A stretch of DNA of 64,000 bases from an uncultured Gemmatimonadales bacterium (GTDB taxonomy: Bacteria > Gemmatimonadota > Gemmatimonadetes > Gemmatimonadales > GWC2-71-9). The stretch spans positions 672,001-736,000 of the forward strand of contig CAWCVB010000002.1 in assembly GCA_963798915.1 (NCBI GenBank). Direction: 5' to 3'. The notes under the pieces are model-generated. The model worked only from the letters and a program-made list of their open reading frames with translations, was not told where the DNA came from and made no database searches. Below are positions 48,267 to 59,278 of the stretch, one piece after another. The translations under genes were made by a program, and so were the position numbers. Numbering within the stretch: position 1 is the first letter of the stretch; each line of letters begins with the position of its first letter.

Positions 48267-50381
48267 ATGCAGATCGAGGCGGACGGCCCTCAGCGGCGGC
48301 AGCGCCGCGCGCCCCATCTGGTCCTTACGCCCGGCCGGATTGCGACCGGGTACCTCGTCGCCGCGATGGCCTGGATCCTCTTCAGCGACCGCGCGGCGAT
48401 CCTGGCAGCGCACGGCAGTCCCGCACTGCTCTCCCACATTCAATCCATCAAGGGGCTGGTGTTCATCGCCGGCACCGCGGCGCTCCTCTACGCGCTCATG
48501 CGGGCGGCGCGTCGCGAGCTGATGGCGAGCGAGGCACGGCATCGCGAAATGTTCGAGTTGTCGGGCGCCGTCTGCCTTCTCATCGACGTGTCCAGCGGCC
48601 GCATCGTGGAAGCTAATCCCGCCGCCTCGACCTTCTACGGCTGGTCCCGCGAGCAGCTGCTGGCGCGCCGCATCCAGGATATCAATACGCTCCCTTCGGA
48701 GCGCGTCACCGACCTGCTGAGTGTCGCGAACCGGCCGGGCGGTGAGCACTTCATGTTCCAACATCGCACCGCGCACGGCGAGGTCCGCGATGTCGAAGTC
48801 CACACCGGCCCGGTCGTGGTGGATGGCCGCCCGATGCTCTTCTCCATCATCCACGACATGACCGCCCGCGTGGCGGCGGAGCGTGCCCTCGAGGAGAGCG
48901 AGGAGCGCTACCGGACGCTGCTGGCCGAGGCGCCTGATGGATTCTTCGTGGCGCGTCCCGATGGCCGTCTGGTCGACGTCAACCCTGCCGCCTGCGTCAT
49001 GCTCGGCTACGATCGCGCCGAGCTCCTGGCGCTCCGGGTGCAGGCGCTGGTCGATCCCGCCGATTTCGAACGGCAGGCCGGCCACTGGCCCGACCTCGAG
49101 GACGGCCGGCACGTGATCGAGGAGCGGCACCTTCGGCGCAAGGATGGGACGCTCATTCCAGTGGAGGTCTCCGCCCGGCGTCGCGATGATGGCCTGCTTC
49201 AGACGCTGGCACGCGACATCAGCACGCGCCGGACACTGGAGGAGCAGTTGCGGCAGGCGCAGAAGATGGAGGCCGTGGGCCAGCTCACTGGCGGCATCGC
49301 CCACGACCTGAACAACGTGCTTGGTGTGGTGATCGCCAACGCGGACCTGATCCGCCATGCGCTCAAGCCGGGCCAGGATGAGGCGCGCGGGGACCTGGAT
49401 GAAATCCGGCGTGCAGCGCACCGGGGCGCGGAGATGATCCGGAAGTTGCTGGGCTTCAGCCGGCAGTCGGCGCTGGAACTCACCCCGGTGGACCTGGGTG
49501 GCAGCGTTTCGGAGATCATGAGCACGCTGCGGCGCCTGCTGCCGAGCGATATCAGGGTGGAGCTGGAGGGAGCGGTGGCAGGCATCGCTGTTCGCGCCGA
49601 TCGCGGGGCTCTTGAGCAGATCCTCGTCAACCTGGCCACCAACGCCCGCGACGCGATGCCGGATGGCGGCCAGCTCCAGATCTGCATCTCGCGCGAACTG
49701 AAAGGCCCCGATGGCGAGATGGCGTGCGTCACCGTTGCCGACACGGGGCATGGGATGAATCGGGAAGTACGAAACCGGGTCTTCGAGCCATTTTTCACCA
49801 CCAAGCCGCCCGATCGGGGATCGGGGCTTGGCATGGCGATGGTCTATGGCCTGGTGCGACAGATGGCGGGGACGATACAGCTGGACAGTGTGCCGGGCCG
49901 TGGCACCACCATCCGGCTCTGCTTTCCGGCGCTGCCGATGGCCGCCAAGCCGAACGACTTGCGGACCGGGGCGGATGCGCTGCCGCACGGCGATGAATTG
50001 ATCCTGGTGGTGGAGGACGAGGTTTCCCTGCGGGCGGCGACGGCCCGCATTCTTCGGCGGCTCGGCTATTCAGTGCTGACCGCGGGCGACGGCGAGGAGG
50101 CCCTGGACATCTTCCGACTTCAGCACGAGCACATACAACTGGTCATTTCCGACATCGTCATGCCACGCAAGAGCGGACTGGCGCTGTATGACGCGCTGCG
50201 GTCAGGCGGCTCCAACGTGCCCTTCCTCCTCTCCAGCGGGTATGCCGGCCAGATGCACCAGCGCGCCGAAGGTCCCGGAGCGCCGCCAATGCTCAGAAAG
50301 CCATGGTCGACCGAGGAACTCGCCCTGAAGGTTCGGGAAATGCTGGACCAGGCACCAAGCGCTCAGACGGTTGAACCATAG
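48267..50381 (+). CDS. Membrane PAS-PAS hybrid sensor histidine kinase/response regulator
   Basis: Two TM helices; two PAS domains; GIAHDLNN, NARDAM, DTGHG, FFTTK, GLG; receiver VVEDE...SDIVMP. Confidence 0.95.
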   Translation: MQIEADGPQRRQRRAPHLVLTPGRIATGYLVAAMAWILFSDRAAILAAHGSPALLSHIQSIKGLVFIAGTAALLYALMRAARRELMASEARHREMFELSGAVCLLIDVSSGRIVEANPAASTFYGWSREQLLARRIQDINTLPSERVTDLLSVANRPGGEHFMFQHRTAHGEVRDVEVHTGPVVVDGRPMLFSIIHDMTARVAAERALEESEERYRTLLAEAPDGFFVARPDGRLVDVNPAACVMLGYDRAELLALRVQALVDPADFERQAGHWPDLEDGRHVIEERHLRRKDGTLIPVEVSARRRDDGLLQTLARDISTRRTLEEQLRQAQKMEAVGQLTGGIAHDLNNVLGVVIANADLIRHALKPGQDEARGDLDEIRRAAHRGAEMIRKLLGFSRQSALELTPVDLGGSVSEIMSTLRRLLPSDIRVELEGAVAGIAVRADRGALEQILVNLATNARDAMPDGGQLQICISRELKGPDGEMACVTVADTGHGMNREVRNRVFEPFFTTKPPDRGSGLGMAMVYGLVRQMAGTIQLDSVPGRGTTIRLCFPALPMAAKPNDLRTGADALPHGDELILVVEDEVSLRAATARILRRLGYSVLTAGDGEEALDIFRLQHEHIQLVISDIVMPRKSGLALYDALRSGGSNVPFLLSSGYAGQMHQRAEGPGAPPMLRKPWSTEELALKVREMLDQAPSAQTVEP

Positions 50382-51505
50382 GTTCGTCCCTTCCACTCCA
50401 CCCGGCGTCCGCCACGCCAGATGGATCGCATCACAATTCCCAGCGCCACCGCTCCACCCACCGGTGCCAGCAACCCGTACCAGGCGGGAATCCGCATGGT
50501 GGCAGAGACGGCCGCCCAGTAGAGCAGTCCCGCGCCGGCGGCGATCGCGGCTGGCGCCACGAGGGCGGGCCATGCGCCAACCAGCGCGGCCGCCAGAGCC
50601 AGCACCGGAACCATCCAGAACCCGATGGCAAGGAGCAGCGCCGGCGCCACCAGTGCGCGCAGCAGCGGCTCATCCGCAAAGGACTGGCGGCCGCCAAGGT
50701 AGATGTTTTTCGACCAGCCCTCGATCAGGTGTGCGAGATCGTGGTACATCCGGGTTTCCATGAGCGAGCGTGCAAACGCAAACCAGATGCGCCGGCCCGA
50801 GGCATGGGCCCGCTGCGCCAGCTCGAGATCCTCGGCCACCGCGTGCCGAACCGCCTCGTGCGTGCCCACGGCTTCGTAGTCCTCGCGCCGCATGAGGATG
50901 AACTGGCCATTCGCGATCAGGTCGCGCGGGTTGCGGGCCCGATTCACCATGTCAGGATGAAACCGGAAGCCCAGCAATGCCCAGATCTGGGGCATCACGA
51001 CCCGCTCCCAGAAGGTCACGCAGCGAAGGTGCGGCGCCACGGTAATCAGCTCGCCCTTGCCCGCCTCGAGCGCTCCCAGCGCGTGCGGAAGCAGCATCGG
51101 CTGGTGACGGGTGTCGGCGTCGGTGAAGAGCAGTATCGCTCCACGGGATTCGCGGTAGCCCTGCAGGCATGCCCATGGCTTGCCGTACCAGCCGGGTGGG
51201 AGCGGGGCCCCGTGGACGAGTCGAGTGGCAACGGTCGACCCGAGTTGCGCCACCACGTCTGCGGTGCCGTCAGTGGACCGGTCATCCACCACAATCACTT
51301 CCACATTCCGATACGCGGAGCCAAGGACCGACGTGACGGCCGTTGCGATCGTGCGGGATTCGTTGCGGGCAGGAATGATGACGCTGACCAGCGGTCCTGT
51401 GAGGGCGGGCGCCACATCTTCCAGGCGGGGGCGGACCCGCAGCAGGCGCACGAGCATGCCGCACGCCGCCAGCCATGGCAGCGCAAGGAGCAGCGTCCAG
51501 GTCAC
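50363..51505 (-). CDS. GT2 glycosyltransferase (CrtQ/HpnB-like)
   Basis: IIPARNE, DDRSTD, GWYGKPWAC, FTDAD, ANGQ, AEDLELA. Confidence 0.9.
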   Translation of the reverse strand: MTWTLLLALPWLAACGMLVRLLRVRPRLEDVAPALTGPLVSVIIPARNESRTIATAVTSVLGSAYRNVEVIVVDDRSTDGTADVVAQLGSTVATRLVHGAPLPPGWYGKPWACLQGYRESRGAILLFTDADTRHQPMLLPHALGALEAGKGELITVAPHLRCVTFWERVVMPQIWALLGFRFHPDMVNRARNPRDLIANGQFILMRREDYEAVGTHEAVRHAVAEDLELAQRAHASGRRIWFAFARSLMETRMYHDLAHLIEGWSKNIYLGGRQSFADEPLLRALVAPALLLAIGFWMVPVLALAAALVGAWPALVAPAAIAAGAGLLYWAAVSATMRIPAWYGLLAPVGGAVALGIVMRSIWRGGRRVEWKGRTYGSTV

Positions 51506-51516
51506 CCCAGGGTCCG

Positions 51517-52074
51517 TCAGCGCGATCCGCTGATGGAGGCGAGCTCGCCCTCGAGAGTCCTCAGCCAGCGCTCGGCGTCGTCCGGCTCGCCGTGGCCGTT
51601 CTGCACGGGTACGCCATTGCGTCCCAGCATGGTGGCGACCAGTGCGTCAGTGTAGCCCACGACCGCCGAGGCGATGCCGTGATCCAGCACCCGGTTGAGC
51701 CGGAGCAGGATCGCCATGCCCTGGCGGGCGCGCATTGCAGCAACCACGGGAGCCAGGCGACGGGTGAGAATATCGCGGAGATGCAGCAGCTCCTCGACTA
51801 CTTCGCCGGCCGACAGGCCGCGAATGGATGCGTTGCGACCATATTGTTCACAGGCCCGGCGCCACATCGGTCGCGCTTCGCGACGCAGCGGGCCAATCAT
51901 CTGAGCAAGAATATCAACCAGCAGCCGCAACTCCCGTTCGACCGTGGAACGCGGTATCGTGGGGGCGGCAGTGATGCGATCGCCGAGCCGGCCAGCCCAT
52001 TCAGCGACGAGATCGTCGCGGGAATCCATGATCAGGCGGCCAGCAGCGAGCAACGCGGGTGGCGAGGCGCGCAC
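51517..52074 (-). CDS. Hypothetical helical protein, RsbRD N-terminal (globin-like) domain candidate
   Basis: AAGGAG before GTG; LVAEW...YGRNASIRGLSAGEVVEELLHLRD pattern. Confidence 0.6.
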   Translation of the reverse strand: MRASPPALLAAGRLIMDSRDDLVAEWAGRLGDRITAAPTIPRSTVERELRLLVDILAQMIGPLRREARPMWRRACEQYGRNASIRGLSAGEVVEELLHLRDILTRRLAPVVAAMRARQGMAILLRLNRVLDHGIASAVVGYTDALVATMLGRNGVPVQNGHGEPDDAERWLRTLEGELASISGSR

Positions 52075-52135
52075 AGCCGTACTCCTTCACGCTGATTTGA
52101 GCGAAAAAACCTTCGGAAGCTATAAGGAATGAGCC

Positions 52136-53104
52136 ATGGGGTCAAAGATCACTGTCCGGCCTCCACGGCTCCGGCCCGGCATCCGAGTGGCGCTCGTGGC
52201 GCCCGCCGGCCCTTTGCCTGAACTCGATGATCTGACCCGCGCTGCCGAACTCTGCCGGGCCCTCGGCTGGGAGCCCCTGGTCGCGCCACACGCCGGCGCC
52301 CAGCATGGGTACCTCGCCGGCACGGACGCCGAGCGACTCGGCGATCTCAACGACGCGCTGGCCGACACCACCGTGGGCGCCATCTGGTGCATTCGCGGCG
52401 GGTATGGCCTGACCCGCATTCTTGCCGGCGTGGACTACACCGCCGCCCGCAGTCATCCCAAGGTGGTGCTCGGCTTCAGCGATGTCACTGCGCTGCTGCT
52501 GGCCCTGCACCAGCAGGCAGGGCTCATCACTTTTCATGGACCGCTTGCCTTCCATTCCATGTCGGCGTTCACCCGGGCGCATCTGGAATCAGTGGTGACC
52601 GCGCCGGCGCCGGCCGGAGGCCTGCGGCCACCCGATCCGCCAGCCGGTCTGCTGGTGCCGCAGGCCGAGCGGATCATCTCGCTCGTGGGCGGTATGGCCG
52701 AAGGGCCGCTGGTCGGCGGGAACCTGTCCCTGCTCCAGTGCCTCATCGGGACGCCGTTTCTCCCCGCGCTTGATGGCGCCATCCTCTTTCTCGAGGATGT
52801 CGGCGAGGAACTCTATCGGATTGACCGGATCCTTTCGCATCTCCGGCTCGCCGGCCTGCTTCAGCGAGTGGCCGGGGTGGCGCTGGGCCGGTTCACCGAG
52901 ATGAATCGGCGGGGAAGCGAAGCCGCCACCGGTCTCGATCGCGTGCTCAGCGATTATCTCCTTCCGTTGCGGATCCCGGTCGTCATGGGCCTTCCCATCG
53001 GTCACGTCACCGACCAATGGACGCTGCCCATCGGCGCGCGTGCGCGGCTGGACGGGAATGCGGGGACGCTCGAGCTGCTCGAGGCGGCGGTGAGTGGGGA
53101 GTAG
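52136..53104 (+). CDS. ldcA: LD-carboxypeptidase (S66 family)
   Basis: AGTDAERLGDL, RGGYG, GFSDVT, GGNLS, FLEDVGE, PIGH. Confidence 0.92.
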   Translation: MGSKITVRPPRLRPGIRVALVAPAGPLPELDDLTRAAELCRALGWEPLVAPHAGAQHGYLAGTDAERLGDLNDALADTTVGAIWCIRGGYGLTRILAGVDYTAARSHPKVVLGFSDVTALLLALHQQAGLITFHGPLAFHSMSAFTRAHLESVVTAPAPAGGLRPPDPPAGLLVPQAERIISLVGGMAEGPLVGGNLSLLQCLIGTPFLPALDGAILFLEDVGEELYRIDRILSHLRLAGLLQRVAGVALGRFTEMNRRGSEAATGLDRVLSDYLLPLRIPVVMGLPIGHVTDQWTLPIGARARLDGNAGTLELLEAAVSGE

Positions 53105-53182
53105 GGATCAGGGAGCGGGGGTCAGGGGCCAGGGGAACCCTCCGTTCCCAGTCCTTGACCCCGAGCCGCCAGCCCTGGTCCC
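53097..53182. repeat. G-rich heptamer array (GGGnnnR) with downstream C-rich inverted copy
   Basis: GGGAGTA GGGATCA GGGAGCG GGGGTCA GGGGCCA GGGG ... TGACCCC ... CCCTGGTCCCT between convergent genes. Confidence 0.75.
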
Positions 53183-56100
53183 TCACCCTTGGTCCATCAT
53201 CGTGACCTCGACCGGTTCCTGGTCCCGCAGGACCTCCCGCACCGCCAGGTGCGGCTGCCGGGCGAGCTGCCGTCGGCGCCAGAGCAGGTAGATCGCGGGA
53301 ATGACCGCGAGGGTGAGCACGCTGGCGGTGAGCATGCCACCCACCATGGGCGAGGCGATCCGTCGCATGACGTCCGCCCCCGTTCCTGAACTCCAGAGGA
53401 TCGGCGCCAGGCCGGCGATGATGGCGGTGACCGTCATGACCACAGGGCGGAGCCGCTCCAGCGCGCCGTCCCGGACCGCCGCCACAACATCGGCTGGGCC
53501 CTGCATGCGCCCTTCCAGGCTGCGGCGGTGGAACGCCTCATCCAGGTAGATGAGCATCACGACGCCGGTCTCCGCCGCGACTCCGGCCAGCGCGATAAAG
53601 CCGACCCAGACTGCCACACTGGTGTTGTAGCCCAGCCCCCAGAGGAACCACACGCCGCCCACCAGCGCGAACGGCAGCGCCAGCATCACGATGAGCGCCT
53701 CGGGGACGCTCCTGAAGTTGAAATAGAGAAGCAGGAAGATGATCCCGAGGGTGACGGGAACCACGGTGCGCATCTTGTGGGCGACCCGCTGCATGAACTC
53801 GTACTGCCCGCTCCAGACCAGCGTATATCCGCTGGGCAGCGTAAGCTGCGCGGGCCACCGCCTGCTGCGCATCGCGCACATAGCTGCCCACGTCGCGCTC
53901 GCCGTTGTCCACGAAGATCGTGGTCACCGGGAATGCGTTCTCGGTCTTGACCGCCATCGGTCCCTGGACGATGCGGACCGCGGCCACCTGGCCCAGCGGA
54001 ATCTGCCGGCCGCCCATGGCGGGCACCACCACTTCCTTGAGCTTCTCGACGTTGTCCCGCAGCTCCCGGGGATAGCGCACGTTGACGGCATACCGCTCGC
54101 GCCCCTCAACGGTCATGGCGGCGGTGAGGCCGCCGACGGTGGCCATGATGGCGTTGTGGATATCACCCACGTTGAGTCCGTAGCGCGCCGCCTCGGTCCG
54201 GTCGACGTCGATGTCAACGTAATAGCCGGACACGCCGCGTTCGGCAAAGGCGCTTCGGGTGCCGGGTACGCGCTGCATGATGCGCTCGACCCGCTCACCC
54301 AGCATCTGGAGCGTATCAAGGTCGGGACCGAAGATCTTGATGCCGACGGGGGTGCGGATGCCGGTGGCCAGCATGTCGATCCGTCCCTTGATGGGCATGG
54401 TCCAGGCGTTGGTCACGCCCGGCATCCGGGTGGCCCGGTCCATGGCAGCCACGATCCGCTCATAGGTGAGCCCGGGGCGCCATTCCGACTCGGGCTTCAG
54501 CGTCACGGTCGTCTCATACATGTCCAGCGGGGCAGGGTCAGTGGCCGTTGACGCGCGGCCCACCTTGCCCAGTACTCGTGTCGACTTCCGGGAACGATGC
54601 TAGCACGCTGTCCTGGTAGCGCATGATGTCGCGTGCCTGCGCGATCGACACGCCGGGTACGGTCGTGGGCATGAAGAGGATCGTGCCCTCATGCAGCGGC
54701 GGCATGAACTCGCTGCCGAGGCGGCGCCACGGCAGAATCGTGAGCGCGAGCACGGCCACCGCTGACAGGATGACGGTCCACGGTCGTCGAAGCGCGAAGT
54801 CGATCACGGGCCGGTAGAGCCGCTGCAGGATGCGGTTGACCGGGTTCTCCCGCTCCGGGCGGATGTTTCCCCGGACCAGATATCCCATCAGCACGGGCAC
54901 CAGCGTGATCGACAGCAACGCCGCTCCGGCCATCGCAAAGGTCTTGGTAAACGCCAGCGGCTTGAAGAGCCGGCCTTCCTGCTGCTCCAGGCTGAAGACC
55001 GGCAGGAAGCTGAAGGTGATGATGAGCAGGGAAAAGAAGAGCGGCGGCCCCACCTGCTTGGCGCTCTCCAGCACGATCTCCCATCGCGACGTGCCCGGCT
55101 GCGCCCGCTCCAGGTGCTTGTGCATGTTCTCGATCATGACGATTGCCGCGTCCACCATGGCGCCGATGGCGATGGCGATGCCGCCCAGGCTCATGATGTT
55201 GGCATTCACCCCGATGGCGCGCATCACCAGGAAGGAGATCAGGATGCCCAATGGCAGGGTGATGATCGCGACCAGCGCCGAGCGGAAATGCAGCAGGAAG
55301 AGCATGGCCACCGCGGCGACGATCAGCGATTCTTCGATCAGCTTGTTCCGCAGGGTCTCGACCGCCCGGTGAATGAGGTCGCTGCGGTCGTAGGCGGTGA
55401 CGAGGCGCACACCGGCCGGGAGGCCGCGTTGAATGTCGGCGAGACGCGCCTTGACTGCCTCGATGGTCTTGAGCGCATCGGAGCCGAAGCGCATGACCAC
55501 AATGCCCGCCACCACCTCGCCCTTTCCATTGAGATCCGCCGCTCCCCGCCTCGGCGCTGGACCTACCTGAACATTGGCGACGTCGGCCACCCGGATGGGC
55601 GTCCCGTTCATGGTGGCGCCGACGGTAACGTCCTCGATGTCGGCCACGCCCTGGAGATAGCCCAGGCCGCGGATCATGTACTCCCGTCCGCCCATTTCCA
55701 GCACGCGGGCGCCGATGTCCACGTTGTGCGATCCGATTGCCTGTGCCACTCGTGTGACCGGGATGCTGAAGGCCCGCAGCCGCTCCGGGTCCACCTCCAC
55801 TTGATACTGTTTCTGGAATCCGCCCAGGCTCGCCACTTCGGACACGCCGGGAACCGCGGTGAGCTGGTAACGGATGTACCAGTCCTGGAGCGTCCTGAGC
55901 TGCGCCAGGTCCAGACTGTCGGACTCCAGCACGTACTCGAAGACCCAGCCCACGCCCGTGGCATCGGGACCCAGCGTCGGCTCCACCCCAGCGGGAAGGT
56001 TCTTCTGCACGCCATTCAGGTACTCCAGCACCCGGCTGCGGGCCCAGTAGATGTCGGTGCCGTCCTCGAAGATCACGTACACAAGACTGAGCCCGAAGAA

Positions 56101-56358
56101 CGAATAGCCCCGCACCACCCGCGCACCGGGCACCTTGAGCATCTCGGACGTGATGGGATAGGTGACCTGGTCCTCGACAATGCCCGGGGCCTGTTCAGCA
56201 AAGTCGGTCTGGATGATGACCTGGACGTCCGACAGGTCTGGAATGGCGTCGAGCGGGGTGCTGCGCATGGCCCATACACCGCCAGCGACCAGCGCGACGG
56301 TTGCCAGCAGGACCAGGAAGCGGTTCCGCAGCGACCAGGCAATGATGGCGTTAATCAT
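53183..56358 (-). CDS. cusA: CusA/CzcA heavy-metal RND efflux pump; frameshifts near 54560 and 53860
   Basis: DAIPDLSDVQVI, MSLGGIAIAIGAMVDA, EFMPPL, TDPAPLDM, WTMPIKGRIDM, RLRPVVMT, spread over three ORFs. Confidence 0.92.
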
Positions 56359-57577
56359 GGGAATGTCCCGCCTCGGCGGATGACGGCGACGGATTCACAT
56401 GCTGCATGCCCGGCATCGAGGCACCGGTGGTACCCAGGCGCGATTCGGCGTCCACCAGGAAGTTGGCGGAGCCGACAATCATCTCTCCGTCCTGCAACCC
56501 GCTCAGGACCTGGACGCGCTCACCCGCGCGGGCGCCGAGCACGATCTCGCGCGGCGAGAGCATGCCGCCCGAGTCGCGCACGAAGACCAGGTTCCGTTCA
56601 CCGGTGGCGATCACGGCGGCCGTGGGCACCGAGAGGTACCGTTCGCTGAGGTCGGAGTCGAAGTAGATGGTGGCGAACATGCCCGGTTTGAGACGGAGGT
56701 CGCGGTTGGGCACCGTGACCCGCACCCGGTTGGTGCGGCTATGCACGTCCACCGTCGGATACACGAAGCTCACGCGTCCCATCACATGCTCGCCCGGGTA
56801 GGCCGACACCTCGATGTGCGCCTGGGTGCCGGTGCGAACGAACTTGAGGTCCTGCTCGAACATCTCGCCTTCCACCCAGACGTCGCGCAGGTCGGCGACG
56901 CGATAGAGCTTCTCGCCCGGCATCACCCGCTGACCCAGCAGGACGTTCTTCTCCAGCACAATGCCATCGACCGGCGACACCAGCGCCAGCGTCTTGGTGA
57001 CCTCGCCGGTCCGCTCCAACCGGGCGATCTGGCCCGGCGAGATATCCCACCATGCCAGCCGCCGCCGGGCGGATTCCAGCGTGGCCTGGGCGCCGATCCA
57101 CGCCTCGCCGGCCGAGCTGTCCACCGCCTGCGCCAGTCGCCGGGCCGTGAGGAACTCCTCCTGCGCGGCAACCAGGTCGGGACTATAGATCGAGAGCAGG
57201 GGCTGGCCCCGATGCACCGACTCGCCGGTGGTGTTGACGTCGAGTCGTTCGACATACCCGGTCACCTTGGGGGTGACATCGGCGACATTCTGCTCCGGCG
57301 CCAGAATTTCACCCACCGTGCGGATGGTTCTGGTGAGCGGTTCCCGCCCGACCCGGGTATAAGTCACGCCCAGCGCCTGCTCCTGCTGCGCTGTCAGATG
57401 CACCGGCTGGCGGACGGCGGCACCCGTGCTGTCCATGGCACCCTGTGTCCCTCCCGCCTGCATTCGTGCATGCTCGTCGGGGGTCATCCCCGTCATGGTC
57501 GATCCTGGTTCGGGAGACTTGCCGCACCCGGTGATGCCCAGGGCCACGATCAGCGCCGCGCTCAGCATCGTTCTCAT
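56351..57577 (-). CDS. cusB: CusB-type RND membrane-fusion lipoprotein
   Basis: ITGC lipobox; Met/His-rich ends; YSPDLVAAQEE, LKPGMFA, NFLVDAES. Confidence 0.93.
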   Translation of the reverse strand: MRTMLSAALIVALGITGCGKSPEPGSTMTGMTPDEHARMQAGGTQGAMDSTGAAVRQPVHLTAQQEQALGVTYTRVGREPLTRTIRTVGEILAPEQNVADVTPKVTGYVERLDVNTTGESVHRGQPLLSIYSPDLVAAQEEFLTARRLAQAVDSSAGEAWIGAQATLESARRRLAWWDISPGQIARLERTGEVTKTLALVSPVDGIVLEKNVLLGQRVMPGEKLYRVADLRDVWVEGEMFEQDLKFVRTGTQAHIEVSAYPGEHVMGRVSFVYPTVDVHSRTNRVRVTVPNRDLRLKPGMFATIYFDSDLSERYLSVPTAAVIATGERNLVFVRDSGGMLSPREIVLGARAGERVQVLSGLQDGEMIVGSANFLVDAESRLGTTGASMPGMQHVNPSPSSAEAGHSHD

Positions 57578-58858
57578 CAGTCCAGTTCCTCCGTACCCAG
57601 CAAGGCGCCGATGCGTGCCCTGGCCTGCTGCCAGGATGCTGCGAGGCGCAACACATCGATCTCGTATTGATTCACGGTCATTTCATTCTGGATCAGCGTC
57701 TGGAAATCGACCCGGCCGACCCGGTACGCGGAGAGCGCCGACTCCACCGCGGCGCGCGCCTGGGGCAGGATCGCCGTTCGGTACAGATCGGCCAGCTGCC
57801 GTGCCTGTTCGGCCTCGGCGCGTTGCTCGGTCAATTGAGCCCAGGTCTCGTTGTAGAGATTCTGTGCGTTCGCCTCCGCCCGGGCCTGGGTGGCGGCCAT
57901 CTCCCGACGCAGGGGGAGCTGGCGCTTGCCGGCCCAGATGGGAAGACTCACGCCCAGCGCGATACTGACCATGTCATCGAATTGGGGTCGCTGGCCGTAG
58001 CCCACGGAGAGCATCAGATCGGGGTAGAGAGTTCGGCGTGCCGCACGGTAGCCGGCGTGCGCGGCCTGCACTCGTTCGGAGGCGGCCGCCAGTGCGGGCC
58101 GGTGGCGCAGGGCGACCGCAATGAGGGAGTCCGCTGATGGCAGCAGGTCTCCTGGCGCTGGAAGGACCAATGCACCGACTGGCTCGGTTGCGTTCCGGCC
58201 CAGCAGCGCGTTGAACCGGGCCGCCGTCGCCTCACGCTGCTGCTCGAGCGTGGCGATGTCGCCACTCATCCGGGCGATGGCCACCTGGGCCTGCAGTACG
58301 TCCTGCTGCAGGCCCTCGCCGCTCGCGTATCGACTCTGGGAGACCCGGAAGAAATCGCGCAGCAGATCCCGGGTCCGATTCATCACCGTGAGTGCCCGGT
58401 CCATGGAAGCCAGTGCATAGTAGGAGACGGTGACCTGGGCGGTGAGCTGCAGGTCGGCCTCATCGGCCTCCAGCGCCCCGGCGCGCGAGAGATGCACCGA
58501 TTGGTCCCGCTCCAGGCCGAGCTTGCCCGGCCAGGGCAGCATCTGGGTCACGGTCGCCTGATTCATGGTCATCGCCTCGCCGGTGCCAAATCCGGTTATC
58601 GGGCGGTTCATGAGTCCCAAGGTGAGCCGCGGGTCTGGAAGGACCCCCATGCGGGACGCCCGTTCCGCATCGGCCAGCGCCGTGCTGCGCGCGGCCTTGA
58701 GCGCCGGGTTCTGCTGGTGGGCGAGACGCACGGCGTCGTCCAGTCGCAGGGTGTCACCGGCCGAGCATCTGCGCAGCAAGTCGAGCCGGGCTCAGCAGGG
58801 CGATCGTGAACACCAGGCCCAGAGACAGCGGGCCGGTGCATAGTCTTGGCAGGGACAT
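57577..58858 (-). CDS. TolC/CusC-family outer-membrane efflux protein; frameshift just after the signal peptide (~58770)
   Basis: GAGGAG + ATG 58858 MSLPRLC...LAAQ in a different frame; body LPDPRL, QMLPWPGK, YRVGRVDF. Confidence 0.85.
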
Positions 58859-58945
58859 ACCTCTCCTCGTCCGCGAGCGATGATTGAGCGTAGGACCCGG
58901 CGCGCCGACCTTCGACGCGACGGGACACACATCAACTGGGAGAGG

Positions 58946-59278
58946 TCAGGCTTGGGGAGGCGGTGGGAGCGGTGCGGCGACGTCGGCCGGGAGGAGTCGG
59001 TCGGTATCCTCGACCGAGATACGATGCACAGGCATGGCAAACAACACGGTCAGCACTGATGGCAGCCCAGCCGCCGAAGGCAGGTTGCATGGGGTCGGCA
59101 TGGAGCATTCGGTCGAGGATGGCGCGCTTGGCATCGTTGGCATGTGACCACGTGCTGTCGCCGCCTGGTGGCAGGCAGCGGCGGGCGCCATGCGGCACAG
59201 CGCCGGGGTGGCGACTGAGAACAGCTGCGCCACGAACAACAGAGCTGTCAGCATCCGAGCAATCAGCACGAGCCGCAC
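58946..59278 (-). CDS. Small Cys/Met/His-rich protein with polyproline C-terminus (DUF2946-like leader)
   Basis: N-terminal hydrophobic helix; C..CH..HM..M..C.M..C; ends PLPPPPQA; start may be GTG 59269. Confidence 0.7.
   Translation of the reverse strand: MRLVLIARMLTALLFVAQLFSVATPALCRMAPAAACHQAATARGHMPTMPSAPSSTECSMPTPCNLPSAAGLPSVLTVLFAMPVHRISVEDTDRLLPADVAAPLPPPPQA

Noticed and set aside
53850..54570. Programmed frameshifting or a naturally split cusA
   Set aside because: No slippery sequence seen; breaks fall inside conserved motifs and resemble the other indels in the window
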